From Lingula anatina (taxonomy: Eukaryota > Animalia > Brachiopoda), in NCBI GenBank assembly GCA_051362555.1, contig CM120642.1, positions 21,266,001-21,330,000 of the forward strand: a DNA stretch of 64,000 nt, in the 5' to 3' direction. Under the pieces are notes generated by a model. That model was not told the DNA's origin and made no database searches. It worked only from the letters and a program-made list of their open reading frames with translations. Position 1 is the stretch's first letter. The number at the start of each line of letters is the position of its first letter. Made by a program: the position numbers and the translations under genes. Below, one piece after another: positions 39,500 to 56,300 of this stretch.

Positions 39500-42400
39500 A
39501 TTAAACATCAAATATTATGATTTGAGTTTGTTTGTGTAAGAGGTGACAAATTACCCATAATTGTCCTCTAGAAAAGAATATATACCCATTGAAGACATCT
39601 CCTTACTACCAATGCCATATGCAGATTCCTCCTTACAATCGGGTTCTGGAATAGGGTTTAGCACACCATTTGACAATGTCCTAAAGCTTGCCATATACCA
39701 TCTATTGTACACATGGATGAGACATAGCATTGCTCTTGCTGTTGTCTTTTGCTGTCTGTTTTTTCTATAGTAATTAGCCCTGACCAGACAGGAAGAATCA
39801 GTTCACCAAAAAAGCCATCACGCTGTATGGAAAAGGTCACCTGGAAAAAGAACAATATGTTTGATAAAAGTGAAAATTAAATTCTAAAAATTGACAAATT
39901 GCCCACACTAAAATAGTTGAACAATAATTTTGATAAACTTAACCTAAACAGTTGACTATGTCTAATAAAATGGATATTTTCAGAACATATAAATTTGAGA
40001 AATACTGAAAATGACATTGAAAAGACTGCCAAATTCCATGGTTGAAAATAGTTAAACGTTAATTATTTTCACAAATCTTGTCTCATATTTGTGAAATTTC
40101 GAGAGATGATGCATAACAACAATAAAAATCTGTGATAAGCTCATCAGTTGACTGTGTCTCATGAAAAACATTTTTCAGAGCATATAAATGTGAGAAAACT
40201 GAAAATGACATTGAAAAGACTGTAAAATTCCATGGCTTAAATTAGTTAAACGTTAATAATTTTCACAAATCCTGTCTAATATTTGTGAAATTTGGATAGA
40301 TGATGCATAACAACAATAAAAATCTGTGATAAGCTCATCAGTTGACTGTGTCTCATGAAAAAGATTTTTTTTGGACAATAAATTTGAGAAAACAGAAAAT
40401 GACATTGAAAAGACTGCAAAATGCGGTGCCTTAGAATAGTTAAACGTTAATAATTTTCACAAATCTTGTTCAAGATTTGTGAAATTTAGACAGATGATGC
40501 ATAACAATAATAAAAATCTGTGATAAGCTCATCAGTTGACTGTGTCTCATGAAAAACATTTTTCAGAGCATATAAATGTGAGAAAACTGAAAATGACATT
40601 GAAAAGACTGCAAAATGCGGTGCCTTAAAATAGTTAAATGTTAATAATTTTCACAAATCTTGTCTAATATTTGTGAAATTTGGATAGATGATGCATAAAA
40701 ACAATAAAAATCTGTGATAAGCTCATCAGTTGACTGTGTCTCACAAAAAAGAATTTTCAGAGCATATAAATGTGAAAAAACTAAAAATGACATTGCAAAG
40801 ACTGCAAACTTCCATGGCTTAAAATAGTTAAACGTTAATAATTTTCACAAAACTTGTTCAATATTTGTGAAATTTGGAGAGATGATGCTTAACAATAACA
40901 AAAATCTGTGATAAGCTTAACAGTTGACAGTGTGTGACAGAATTGTAGTTGTTTGACATTTTGTATGCAAAGAGTGAGAATTATCTACAATATTTTTTTT
41001 TCAATTTCACAACATCTAATTAGACTCACATTAAACATCAAATATTATGATTTGAGTTTGTTTGTGTAAGAGGTGACAAATTACCCATAATTGTCCTCTA
41101 GAAAAGAATATATACCCATTGAAGACATCTCCTTACTACCAATGCCATATGCAGATTCCTCCTTACAATGGGGTTCTGGAATAGGGTTTAGCACACCATT
41201 TGACAATGTCCTAAAGCTTGCCATATACCATCTATTGTACACATGGATGAGACATAGCATTGCTCTTGCTGTTGTCTTTTGCTGTCTGTTTTTTCTATAG
41301 GAATTAGCCCTGACCAGACAGGTAGGATCAGTTCACCAAAAAAGCCATCACGCTGTATGGAAAAGGTCACCTGGAAAAAGAACAATATGTTTGACAAAAG
41401 TGAAAATTAAATTCTAAAAATTGACAAATTTCCCACACTAAAATAGTTGAACAATAATTTTGATAAACTTAACCTAAACAGTTGACTATGTCTAATAAAA
41501 AGCATATTTTCAGAACATAAAAATTTGAGAAATACTGAAAATGACACTGAAAAGACTGCAAAATGCGGTGCCTTAAAATAGTTAAATGTTATTAATTTTC
41601 ACAAATCTTGTCCAATATTTGTGAAATTTGGACAGATGATGCATAACAATAATAAAAATCTGTGATAAGCTCATCAGTTGACTGTGTCTCATGAAAAACA
41701 TTTTTCAGAGCATATAAATGTGAGAAAACTGAAAATGACATTGAAAAGACTGCCAAATTCCATGGCTTAAAATAGTTAAACGTTAATATTTTTCACAAAT
41801 CTTGTCTAATATTTGTGAAATTTGGATAGATGATGCATAACAACAATAAAAATCTGTGATAAGCTCATCAGTTGACTGTGTCTCATGAAAAACATTTTTC
41901 AGAGCATATAAATGTGAGAAAACTGAAAATGACATTGAAAAGACTGCCAAATTCCATGGCTTAAAATAGTTAAACGTTAATATTTTTCACAAAACTTGTT
42001 CAATATTTGTGAAATTTGGAGAGATGATGCCTAACAATAACAAAAATCTGTGATAAGCTTAACAGTTGACAGTGTGTGACAGAATTGTAGTTGTTTGACA
42101 CTTTGTATGCAAAGAGTGAGAATTATCTACAATATTTTTTTTTCAATTTCACAACATCTAATTAGACTCACATTAAACATCAAATATTATGATTTGAGTT
42201 TGTTTGTGTAAGAGGTGACAAATTACCCATAATTGTCCTCTAGAAAAGAATATATACCCATTGAAGACATCTCCTTACTACCAATGCCATATGCAGATTC
42301 CTCCTTACAATCGGGTTCTGGAATAGGGTTTAGCACACCATTTGACAATGTCCTAAAGCTTGCCATATACCATCTATTGTACACATGGATGAGACATAGC

Positions 42401-45400
42401 ATTGCTCTTGCTGTTGTCTTTTGCTGTCTGTTTTTTCTATAGTAATTAGCCCTGACCAGACAGGAAGAATCAGTTCACCAAAAAAGCCATCACGCTGTAT
42501 GGAAAAGGTCACCTGGAAAAAGAACAATATGTTTGATAAAAGTGAAAATTAAATTTTAAAAATTGACAAATTGCCCACACTAAAATAGTTGAACAATAAT
42601 TTTGATAAACTTAACCTAAACAGTTGACTATGTCTAATAAAATGGATATTTTCAGAACATATAAATTTGAGAAATACTGAAAATGACATTGAAAAGACTG
42701 CCAAATTCCATGGTTGAAAATAGTTAAACGTTAATTATTTTCACAAATCTTGTCTAATATTTGTGAAATTTCGAGAGATGATGCATAACAACAATAAAAA
42801 TCTGTGATAAGCTCATCAGTTGACTGCCTCTCATGAAAAACATTTTTCAGAGCATATAAATGTGAGAAAACTGAAAATGACATTGAAAAGACTGTAAAAT
42901 TCCATGGCTTAAATTAGTTAAACGTTAATAATTTTCACAAATCCTGTCTAATATTTGTGAAATTTGGATAGATGATGCATAACAACAATAAAAATCTGTG
43001 CCAAATCTTGTCTAATAAATGTGAAAAAACTAAAAATGACATTGCAAAGACTGCAAACTTCCATGGCTTAAAATAGTTAAACGTTAATAATTTTCACAAA
43101 AGTTGTTCAATATTTGTGAAATTTGGAGAGATGATGCCTAACAATAACAAAAATCTGTGATAAGCTTAACAGTTGACAGTGTGTGACAGAATTGTAGTTG
43201 TTTGACACTTTGTATGCAAAGAGTGAGAATTATCTACAATATTTTTTTTTCAATTTCACAACATCTAATTAGACTCACATTAAACATCAAATATTATGAT
43301 TTGAGTTTGTTTGTGTAAGAGGTGACAAATTACCCATAATTGTCCTCTAGAAAAGAATATATACCCATTGAAGACATCTCCTTACTACCAATGCCATATG
43401 CAGATTCCTCCTTACAATGGGGTTCTGGAATAGGGTTTAGCACACCATTTGACAATGTCCTAAAGCTTGCCATATACCATCTATTGTACACATGGATGAG
43501 ACATAGCATTGCTCTTGCTGTTGTCTTTTGCTGTCTGTTTTTTCTATAGTAATTAGCCCTGACCAGACAGGAAGAATCAGTTCACCAAAAAAGCCATCAC
43601 GCTGTATGGAAAAGGTCACCTGGAAAAAGAACAATATGTTTGATAAAAGTGAAAATTAAATTCTAAAAATTGACAAATTGCCCACACTAAAATAGTTGAA
43701 CAATAATTTTGATAAACTTAACCTAAACAGTTGACTATGTCTAATAAAATGGATATTTTCAGAACATATAAATTTGAGAAATACTGAAAATGACATTGAA
43801 AAGACTGCCAAATTCCATGGTTGAAAATAGTTAAACGTTAATTATTTTCACAAATCTTGTCTAATATTTGTGAAATTTCGAGAGATGATGCATAACAACA
43901 ATAAAAATCTGTGATAAGCTCATCAGTTGACTGCCTCTCATGAAAAACATTTTTCAGAGCATATAAATGTGAGAAAACTGAAAATGACATTGAAAAGACT
44001 GTAAAATTCCATGGCTTAAATTAGTTAAACGTTAATAATTTTCACAAATCCTGTCTAATATTTGTGAAATGGATAGATGATGCATAACAACAATAAAAAT
44101 CTGTGATAAGCTCATCAGTTGACTGTGTCTCATGAAAAACATTTTTCAGAGCATATAAATGTGAGAAAACAGAAAATGACATTGAAAAGACTGCAAAATG
44201 CGGTGCCTTAGAATAGTTAAACGTTAATAATTTTCACAAATCTTGTTCAAGATTTGTGAAATTTAGACAGGTGATGCATAACAATAATAAAAATCTGTGA
44301 TAAGCTCATCAGTTGACTGTGTCTCATGAAAAACATTTTTCAGAGCATATAAATGTGAGAAAACAGAAAATGACATTGAAAAGACTGCCAAATTCCATGG
44401 TTGAAAATAGTTAAACTTTAATTATTTTCACAAATCTTGTCTAATATTTGTGAAATTTGGATAGATGATGCATAAAAACAATAAAAATCTGTGATAAGCT
44501 CATCAGTTGACTGTGTCTCACAAAAAAGAATTTTCAGAGCATATAAATGTGAAAAAACTAAAAATGACATTGCAAAGACTGCAAACTTCCATGGCTTAAA
44601 ATAGTTAAACGTTAATAATTTTCACAAAACTTGTTCAATATTTGTGAAATTTGGAGAGATGATGCTTAACAATAACAAAAATCTGTGATAAGCTTAACAG
44701 TTGACAGTGTGTGACAGAATTGTAGTTGTTTGACATTTTGTATGCAAAGAGTGAGAATTATCTACAATATTTTTTTTTCAATTTCACAACATCTAATTAG
44801 ACTCACATTAAACATCAAATATTATGATTTGAGTTTGTTTGTGTAAGAGGTGACAAATTACCCATAATTGTCCTCTAGAAAAGAATATATACCCATTGAA
44901 GACATCTCCTTACTACCAATGCCATATGCAGATTCCTCCTTACAATGGGGTTCTGGAATAGGGTTTAGCACACCATTTGACAATGTCCTAAAGCTTGCCA
45001 TATACCATCTATTGTACACATGGATGAGACATAGCATTGCTCTTGCTGTTGTCTTTTGCTGTCTGTTTTTTCTATAGGAATTAGCCCTGACCAGACAGGA
45101 AGAATCAGTTCACCAAAAAAGCCATCACGCTGTATGGAAAAGGTCACCTGGAAAAAGAACAATATGTTTGACAAAAGTGAAAATTAAATTCTAAAAATTG
45201 ACAAATTTCCCACACTAAAATAGTTGAACAATAATTTTGATAAACTTAACCTAAACAGTTGACTATGTCTAATAAAAAGCATATTTTCAGAACATAAAAA
45301 TTTGAGAAATACTGAAAATGACACTGAAAAGACTGCAAAATGCGGTGCCTTAAAATAGTTAAATGTTATTAATTTTCACAAATCTTGTCCAATATTTGTG

Positions 45401-47300
45401 AAATTTGGACAGATGATGCATAACAATAATAAAAATCTGTGATAAGCTCATCAGTTGACTGTGTCTCATGAAAAACATTTTTCAGAGCATATAAATGTGA
45501 GAAAACTGAAAATGACATTGAAAAGACTGCCAAATTCCATGGCTTAAAATAGTTAAACGTTAATATTTTTCACAAATCTTGTCTAATATTTGTGAAATTT
45601 GGATAGATGATGCATAACAACAATAAAAATCTGTGATAAGCTCATCAGTTGACTGTGTCTCATGAAAAACATTTTTCAGAGCATATAAATGTGAGAAAAC
45701 TGAAAATGACATTGAAAAGACTGCCAAATTCCATGGCTTAAAATAGTTAAACGTTAATATTTTTCACAAAACTTGTTCAATATTTGTGAAATTTGGAGAG
45801 ATGATGCCTAACAATAACAAAAATCTGTGATAAGCTTAACAGTTGACAGTGTGTGACAGAATTGTAGTTGTTTGACACTTTGTATGCAAAGAGTGAGAAT
45901 TATCTACAATATTTTTTTTTCAATTTCACAACATCTAATTAGACTCACATTAAACATCAAATATTATGATTTGAGTTTGTTTGTGTAAGAGGTGACAAAT
46001 TACCCATAATTGTCCTCTAGAAAAGAATATATACCCATTGAAGACATCTCCTTACTACCAATGCCATATGCAGATTCCTCCTTACAATCGGGTTCTGGAA
46101 TAGGGTTTAGCACACCATTTGACAATGTCCTAAAGCTTGCCATATACCATCTATTGTACACATGGATGAGACATAGCATTGCTCTTGCTGTTGTCTTTTG
46201 CTGTCTGTTTTTTCTATAGTAATTAGCCCTGACCAGACAGGAAGAATCAGTTCACCAAAAAAGCCATCACGCTGTATGGAAAAGGTCACCTGGAAAAAGA
46301 ACAATATGTTTGATAAAAGTGAAAATTAAATTTTAAAAATTGACAAATTGCCCACACTAAAATAGTTGAACAATAATTTTGATAAACTTAACCTAAACAG
46401 TTGACTATGTCTAATAAAATGGATATTTTCAGAACATATAAATTTGAGAAATACTGAAAATGACATTGAAAAGACTGCCAAATTCCATGGTTGAAAATAG
46501 TTAAACGTTAATTATTTTCACAAATCTTGTCTAATATTTGTGAAATTTCGAGAGATGATGCATAACAACAATAAAAATCTGTGATAAGCTCATCAGTTGA
46601 CTGCCTCTCATGAAAAACATTTTTCAGAGCATATAAATGTGAGAAAACTGAAAATGACATTGAAAAGACTGTAAAATTCCATGGCTTAAATTAGTTAAAC
46701 GTTAATAATTTTCACAAATCCTGTCTAATATTTGTGAAATTTGGATAGATGATGCATAACAACAATAAAAATCTGTGCCAAATCTTGTCTAATAAATGTG
46801 AAAAAACTAAAAATGACATTGCAAAGACTGCAAACTTCCATGGCTTAAAATAGTTAAACGTTAATAATTTTCACAAAAGTTGTTCAATATTTGTGAAATT
46901 TGGAGAGATGATGCCTAACAATAACAAAAATCTGTGATAAGCTTAACAGTTGACAGTGTGTGACAGAATTGTAGTTGTTTGACACTTTGTATGCAAAGAG
47001 TGAGAATTATCTACAATATTTTTTTTTCAATTTCACAACATCTAATTAGACTCACATTAAACATCAAATATTATGATTTGAGTTTGTTTGTGTAAGAGGT
47101 GACAAATTACCCATAATTGTCCTCTAGAAAAGAATATATACCCATTGAAGACATCTCCTTACTACCAATGCCATATGCAGATTCCTCCTTACAATCGGGT
47201 TCTGGAATAGGGTTTAGCACACCATTTGACAATGTCCTAAAGCTTGCCATATACCATCTATTGTACACATGGATGAGACATAGCATTGCTCTTGCTGTTG
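39500..47300. repeat. ~3777-bp higher-order repeat, two copies (1530+1142+1107)
   Basis: 41091 to 44868, 42233 to 46010 and 43340 to 47117 are each 3777 bp; shared variants such as TTTGACAAAAGTG and the 35-bp-shorter monomer. Confidence 0.9.
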
Positions 47301-50300
47301 TCTTTTGCTGTCTGTTTTTTCTATAGTAATTAGCCCTGACCAGACAGGAAGAATCAGTTCACCAAAAAAGCCATCACGCTGTATGGAAAAGGTCACCTGG
47401 AAAAAGAACAATATGTTTGATAAAAGTGAAAATTAAATTCTAAAAATTGACAAATTGCCCACACTAAAATAGTTGAACAATAATTTTGATAAACTTAACC
47501 TAAACAGTTGACTATGTCTAATAAAATGGATATTTTCAGAACATATAAATTTGAGAAATACTGAAAATGACATTGAAAAGACTGCCAAATTCCATGGTTG
47601 AAAATAGTTAAACGTTAATTATTTTCACAAATCTTGTCTAATATTTGTGAAATTTCGAGAGATGATGCATAACAACAATAAAAATCTGTGATAAGCTCAT
47701 CAGTTGACTGCCTCTCATGAAAAACATTTTTCAGAGCATATAAATGTGAGAAAACTGAAAATGACATTGAAAAGACTGTAAAATTCCATGGCTTAAATTA
47801 GTTAAACGTTAATAATTTTCACAAATCCTGTCTAATATTTGTGAAATGGATAGATGATGCATAACAACAATAAAAATCTGTGATAAGCTCATCAGTTGAC
47901 TGTGTCTCATGAAAAACATTTTTCAGAGCATATAAATGTGAGAAAACAGAAAATGACATTGAAAAGACTGCAAAATGCGGTGCCTTAGAATAGTTAAACG
48001 TTAATAATTTTCACAAATCTTGTTCAAGATTTGTGAAATTTAGACAGGTGATGCATAACAATAATAAAAATCTGTGATAAGCTCATCAGTTGACTGTGTC
48101 TCATGAAAAACATTTTTCAGAGCATATAAATGTGAGAAAACAGAAAATGACATTGAAAAGACTGCCAAATTCCATGGTTGAAAATAGTTAAACTTTAATT
48201 ATTTTCACAAATCTTGTCTAATATTTGTGAAATTTGGATAGATGATGCATAACAACAATAAAAATCTGTGATAAGCTCATCAGTTGACTGTGTCTCATGA
48301 AAAAGATTTTTTTTGGACAATAAATTTGAGAAAACAGAAAATGACATTGAAAAGACTGCAAAATGCAGTGCCTTAAAATAGTTAAACGTTAATATTTTTC
48401 ACAATCTTGTTCAAGATTTGTGAAATTTAGACAAATGATGCATAACAATAATAAAAATCTGTGATAAGCTCATCAGTTGACTGTGTCTCATGAAAAACAT
48501 TTTTCAGAGCATATAAATGTGAGAAAACTGAAAATGACATTGAAAAGACTGCCAAATTCCAATGTTTAAAATAGTTAAACGTTAATAATTTTCACAAATC
48601 TTGTTCAAGATTTGTGAAATTTAGACAGATGATGCATAACAATAATAAAAATCTGTGATAAGCTCATCAGTTGACTGTGTCTCATGAAAAACATTTTTCA
48701 GAGCATATAAATGTGAGAAAACTGAAAATGACATTGAAAAGACTGCAAAATACGGTGCCTTAAAATAGTTAAACGTTAATAATTTTCACAAATCTTGTCG
48801 AATATTTGTGAAATTTGGATAGATGATGCATAAAAACAATAAAAATCTGTGATAAGCTCATCAGTTGACTGTGTCTCACGAAAAAGAATTTTCAGAGCAT
48901 ATAAATGTGAAAAAACTAAAAATGACATTGCAAAGACTGCAAACTTCCATGGCTTAAAATAGTTAAACGTTAATAATTTTCACAAAACTTGTTCAATATT
49001 TGTGAAATTTGGAGAGATGATGCTTAACAATAACAAAAATCTGTGATAAGCTTAACAGTTGACAGTGTGTGACAGAATTGTAGTTGTTTGACATTTTGTA
49101 TGCAAAGAGTGAGAATTATCTACAATATTTTTTTTTCAATTTCACAACATCTAATTAGACTCACATTAAACATCAAATATTATGATTTGAGTTTGTTTGT
49201 GTAAGAGGTGACAAATTACCCATAATTGTCCTCTAGAAAAGAATATATACCCATTGAAGACATCTCCTTACTACCAATGCCATATGCAGATTCCTCCTTA
49301 CAATCGGGTTCTGGAATAGGGTTTAGCACACCATTTGACAATGTCCTAAAGCTTGCCATATACCATCTATTGTACACATGGATGAGACATAGCATTGCTC
49401 TTGCTGTTGTCTTTTGCTGTCTGTTTTTTCTATAGTAATTAGCCCTGACCAGACAGGAAGAATCAGTTCACCAAAAAAGCCATCACGCTGTATGGAAAAG
49501 GTCACCTGGAAAAAGAACAATATGTTTGATAAAAGTGAAAATTAAATTCTAAAAATTGACAAATTGCCCACACTAAAATAGTTGAACAATAATTTTGATA
49601 AACTTAACCTAAACAGTTGACTATGTCTAATAAAATGGATATTTTCAGAACATATAAATTTGAGAAATACTGAAAATGACATTGAAAAGACTGCCAAATT
49701 CCATGGTTGAAAATAGTTAAACGTTAATTATTTTCACAAATCTTGTCTAATATTTGTGAAATTTGGATAGATGATGCATAACAACAATAAAAATCTGTGA
49801 TAAGCTCATCAGTTGACTGCCTCTCATGAAAAACATTTTTCAGAGCATATAAATGTGAGAAAACTGAAAATGACATTGAAAAGACTGTAAAATTCCATGG
49901 CTTAAATTAGTTAAACGTTAATAATTTTCACAAATCCTGTCTAATATTTGTGAAATGGATAGATGATGCATAACAACAATAAAAATCTGTGATAAGCTCA
50001 TCAGTTGACTGTGTCTCATGAAAAACATTTTTCAGAGCATATAAATGTGAGAAAACAGAAAATGACATTGAAAAGACTGCAAAATGCGGTGCCTTAGAAT
50101 AGTTAAACGTTAATAATTTTCACAAATCTTGTTCAAGATTTGTGAAATTTAGACAGGTGATGCATAACAATAATAAAAATCTGTGATAAGCTCATCAGTT
50201 GACTGTGTCTCATGAAAAACATTTTTCAGAGCATATAAATGTGAGAAAACTGAAAATGACATTGAAAAGACTGCCAAATTCCATGGTTGAAAATAGTTAA

Positions 50301-53300
50301 ACGTTAATTATTTTCACAAATCTTGTCTAATATTTGTGAAATTTGGATAGATGATGCATAACAACAATAAAAATCTGTGATAAGCTCATCAGTTGACTGT
50401 GTCTCATGAAAAAGATTTTTTTTGGACAATAAATTTGAGAAAACAGAAAATGACATTGAAAAGACTGCAAAATGCAGTGCCTTAAAATAGTTAAACGTTA
50501 ATATTTTTCACAATCTTGTTCAAGATTTGTGAAATTTAGACAAATGATGCATAACAATAATAAAAATCTGTGATAAGCTCATCAGTTGACTGTGTCTCAT
50601 GAAAAACATTTTTCAGAGCATATAAATGTGAGAAAACTGAAAATGACATTGAAAAGACTGCCAAATTCCAATGTTTAAAATAGTTAAACGTTAATAATTT
50701 TCACAAATCTTGTTCAAGATTTGTGAAATTTAGACAGATGATGCATAACAATAATAAAAATCTGTGATAAGCTCATCAGTTGACTGTGTCTCATGAAAAA
50801 CATTTTTCAGAGCATATAAATGTGAGAAAACTGAAAATGACATTGAAAAGACTGCAAAATGCGGTGCCTTAATATAGTTAAACGTTAATAATTTTCACAA
50901 ATCTTGTCTAATATTTGTGAAATTTGGATAGATGATGCATAAAAACAATAAAAATCTGTGATAAGCTCATCAGTTGACTGTGTCTCACGAAAAAGAATTT
51001 TCAGAGCATATAAATGTGAAAAAACTAAAAATGACATTGCAAAGACTGCAAACTTCCATGGCTTAAAATAGTTAAACGTTAATAATTTTCACAAAACTTG
51101 TTCAATATTTGTGAAATTTGGAGAGATGATGCTTAACAATAACAAAAATCTGTGATAAGCTTAACAGTTGACAGTGTGTGACAGAATTGTAGTTGTTTGA
51201 CATTTTGTATGCAAAGAGTGAGAATTATCTACAATATTTTTTTTTCAATTTCACAACATCTAATTAGACTCACATTAAACATCAAATATTATGATTTGAG
51301 TTTGTTTGTGTAAGAGGTGACAAATTACCCACAATTGTCCTCTGGAAAAGAATATATACCCATTTAAGACATCTCCTACTACCAATACCTGATGCAGATT
51401 CCTCCTTACAATCGGGTTCTGGAATAGGGTTTAGCACACCATTTGACAATGTCCTAAAGCTTGCCATATACCATCTATTGTACACATGGATGAGACATAG
51501 CATTGCTCTTGCTGTTGTCTTTTGCTGTCTGTTTTTTCTATAGTAATTAGCCCTGACCAGACAGGAAGAATCAGTTCACCAAAAAAGCCATCACGCTGTA
51601 TGGAAAAGGTCACCTGGAAAAAGAACAATATGTTTGATAAAAGTGAAAATTAAATTCTAAAAATTGACAAATTGCCCACACTAAAATAGTTGAACAATAA
51701 TTTTGATAAACTTAACCTAAACAGTTGACTATGTCTAATAAAAAGCATATTTTCAGAACATAAAAATTTGAGAAATACTGAAAATGACACTGAAAAGACT
51801 GCAAAATGCGGTGCCCTAAAATAGTTAAATGTTATTAATTTTCACAAATCTTGTTCAAGATTTGTGAAATTTAGACAGGTGATGCATAACAATAATAAAA
51901 ATCTGTGATAAGCTCATCAGTTGACTGTGTCTCATGAAAAACATTTTTCAGAGCATATAAATGTGAGAAAACTGAAAATGACATTGAAAAGACTGCCAAA
52001 TTCCATGGTTGAAAATAGTTAAACGTTAATTATTTTCACAAATCTTGTCTAATATTTGTGAAATTTGGATAGATGATGCATAACAACAATAAAAATCTGT
52101 GATAAGCTCATCAGTTGACTGTGTCTCATGAAAAAGATTTTTTTTTGGACAATAAATTTGAGAAAACAGAAAATGACATTGAAAAGACTGCAAAATGCAG
52201 TGCCTTAAAATAGTTAAACGTTAATATTTTTCACAATCTTGTTCAAGATTTGTGAAATTTAGACAAATGATGCATAACAATAATAAAAATCTGTGATAAG
52301 CTCATCAGTTGACTGTGTCTCATGAAAAACATTTTTCAGAGCATATAAATGTGAGAAAACTGAAAATGACATTGAAAAGACTGCCAAATTCCAATGTTTA
52401 AAATAATTAAACTTTAATAATTTTCACAAATCTTGTTCAAGATTTGTGAAATTTAGACAGATGATGCATAACAATAATAAAAATCTGTGATAAGCTCATC
52501 AGTTGACTGTGTCTCATGAAAAACATTTTTCAGAGCATATAAATGTGAGAAAACTGAAAATGACATTGAAAAGACTGCAAAATGCGGTGCCTTAAAATAG
52601 TTAAACGTTAATAATTTTCACAAATCTTGTCTAATATTTGTGAAATTTGGATAGATGATGCATAAAAACAAAAAAAATCTGTGATAAGCTCATCAGTTGA
52701 CTGTGTGTGACAGAATTGTAGTTGTTTGACATTTTGTATGCAAAGAGTGAGAATTATCTACAATATTTTTTTTTCAATTTCACAACATCTAATTAGACTC
52801 ACATTAAACATCAAATATTATGATTTGAGTTTGTTTGTGTAAGAGGTGACAAATTACCCATAATTGTCCTCTAGAAAAGAATATATACCCATTGAAGACA
52901 TCTCCTTACTACCAATGCCATATGCAGATTCCTCCTTACAATGGGGTTCTGGAATAGGGTTTAGCACACCATTTGACAATGTCCTAAAGCTTGCCATATA
53001 CCATCTATTGTACACATGGATGAGACATAGCATTGCTCTTGCTGTTGTCTTTTGCTGTCTGTTTTTTCTATAGGAATTAGCCCTGACCAGACAGGAAGAA
53101 TCAGTTCACCAAAAAAGCCATCACGCTGTATGGAAAAGGTCACCTGGAAAAAGAACAATATGTTTGATAAAAGTGAAAATTAAATTCTAAAAATTGACAA
53201 ATTTCCCACACTAAAATAGTTGAACAATAATTTTGATAAACTTAACCTAAACAGTTGACTATGTCTAATAAAAAGCATATTTTCAGAACATAAAAATTTG

Positions 53301-56300
53301 AGAAATACTGAAAATGACACTGAAAAGAATGCAAAATGCGGTGCCTTAAAATAGTTAAATGTTATTAATTTTCACAAATCTTGTCCAATATTTGTGAAAT
53401 TTGGACAGATGATGCATAACAATAATAAAAATCTGTGATAAGCTCATCAGTTGACTGTGTCTCATGAAAAACATTTTTCAGAGCATATAAATGTGAGAAA
53501 ACTGAAAATGACATTGAAAAGACTGCCAAATTCCATGGCTTAAAATAGTTAAACGTTAATATTTTTCACAAATCTTGTCTAATATTTGTGAAATTTGGAT
53601 AGATGATGCATAACAACAATAAAAATCTGTGATAAGCTCATCAGTTGACTGTGACTCATGAAAAACATTTTTCAGAGCATATAAATGTGAGAAAACTGAA
53701 AATGACACTGAAAAGACTGCAAAATGCGGTGCCTTAAAATAGTTAAATGTTAATAATTTTCACAAATCTTGTCCAATATTTGTGAAATTTGGACAGATGA
53801 TGCATAACAATAATAAAAATCTGTGATAAGCTCATCAGTTGACTGTGTCTCATGAAAAACATTTTTCAGAGCATATAAATGTGAGAAAACAGAAAATGAC
53901 ATTGAAAAGACTGCAAAATGCGGTGCCTTAGAATAGTTAAACGTTAATAATTTTCACAAATCTTGTTCAAGATTTGTGAAATTTAGACAGGTGATGCATA
54001 ACAATAATAAAAATCTGTGATAAGCTCATCAGTTGACTGTGTCTCATGAAAAACATTTTTCAGAGCATATAAATGTGAGAAAACTGAAAATGACATTGAA
54101 AAGACTGCCAAATTCCATGGTTGAAAATAGTTAAACGTTAATTATTTTCACAAATCTTGTCTAATATTTGTGAAATTTGGATAGATGATGCATAACAACA
54201 ATAAAAATCTGTGATAAGCTCATCAGTTGACTGTGTCTCGTGAAAAAGATTTTTTTTGGACAATAAATTTGAGAAAACAGAAAATGACATTGAAAAGACT
54301 GCAAAATGCGGTGCCTTAAAATAGTTAAACGTTAATAATTTTCACAAATCTTGTTCAAGATTTGTGAAATTTAGACAGATGATGCATAACAATAAACAAA
54401 ATCTGTGATAAGCTCATCAGTTGACTGTGTCTCATGAAAAACATTTTTCAGAGCATATAAATGTGAGAAAACTGAAAATGACATTGAAAAGACTGTCAAA
54501 TTCCATGGCTTAAAATAGTTAAACGTTAATTATTTTCACAAATCTTGTCTAATATTTGTGAAATTTGGATAGATGATGCATAAAAACAATAAAAATCTGT
54601 GATAGGCTCATCAGTTGACTGTGTCTCATGAAAAAGAATTTTCAGAGCATATAAATGTGAAAAAACTAAAAATGACATTGCAAAGACTGCAAACTTCCAT
54701 GGCTTAAAATAGTTAAACGTTAATAATTTTCACAAAACTTGTTCAATATTTGTGAAATTTGGAGAGATGATGCCTAACAATAACAAAAATCTGTGATAAG
54801 CTTAACAGTTGACAGTGTGTGACAGAATTGTAGTTGTTTGACACTTTGTATGCAAAGAGTGAGAATTATCTACAATATTTTTTTTTTCAATTTCACAACA
54901 TCTAATTAGACTCACATTAAACATCAAATATTATGATTTGAGTTTGTTTGTGTAAGAGGTGACAAATTACCCATAATTGTCCTCTAGAAAAGAATATATA
55001 CCCATTGAAGACATCTCCTTACTACCAATGCCATATGCAGATTCCTCCTTACAATCGGGTTCTGGAATAGGGTTTAGCACACCATTTGACAATGTCCTAA
55101 AGCTTGCCATATACCATCTATTGTACACATGGATGAGACATAGCATTGCTCTTGCTGTTGTCTTTTGCTGTCTGTTTTTTCTATAGTAATTAGCCCTGAC
55201 CAGACAGGAAGAATCAGTTCACCAAAAAAGCCATCACGCTGTATGGAAAAGGTCACCTGGAAAAAGAACAATATGTTTGATAAAAGTGAAAATTAAATTC
55301 TAAAAATTGACAAATTGCCCACACTAAAATAGTTGAACAATAATTTTGATAAACTTAACCTAAACAGTTGACTGTGTCTCATGAAAAACATTTTTCAGAG
55401 CATATAAATGTGAGAAAACTGAAAATGACATTGAAAAGACTGCCAAATTCCATGGTTGAAAATAGTTAAACGTTAATTATTTTCACAAATCTTGTCTAAT
55501 ATTTGTGAAATTTCGAGAGATGATGCATAACAACAATAAAAATCTGTGATAAGCTCATCAGTTGACTGCCTCTCATGAAAAACATTTTTCAGAGCATATA
55601 AATGTGAGAAAACTGAAAATGACATTGAAAAGACTGTAAAATTCCATGGCTTAAATTAGTTAAACGTTAATAATTTTCACAAATCCTGTCTAATATTTGT
55701 GAAATGGATAGATGATGCATAACAACAATAAAAATCTGTGATAAGCTCATCAGTTGACTGTGTCTCATGAAAAACATTTTTCAGAGCATATAAATGTGAG
55801 AAAACAGAAAATGACATTGAAAAGACTGCAAAATGCGGTGCCTTAGAATAGTTAAACGTTAATAATTTTCACAAATCTTGTTCAAGATTTGTGAAATTTA
55901 GACAGGTGATGCATAACAATAATAAAAATCTGTGATAAGCTCATCAGTTGACTGTGTCTCATGAAAAACATTTTTCAGAGCATATAAATGTGAGAAAACT
56001 GAAAATGACATTGAAAAGACTGCCAAATTCCATGGTTGAAAATAGTTAAACGTTAATTATTTTCACAAATCTTGTCTAATATTTGTGAAATTTGGATAGA
56101 TGATGCATAACAACAATAAAAATCTGTGATAAGCTCATCAGTTGACTGTGTCTCATGAAAAAGATTTTTTTTGGACAATAAATTTGAGAAAACAGAAAAT
56201 GACATTGAAAAGACTGCAAAATGCAGTGCCTTAAAATAGTTAAACGTTAATATTTTTCACAATCTTGTTCAAGATTTGTGAAATTTAGACTAATGATGCA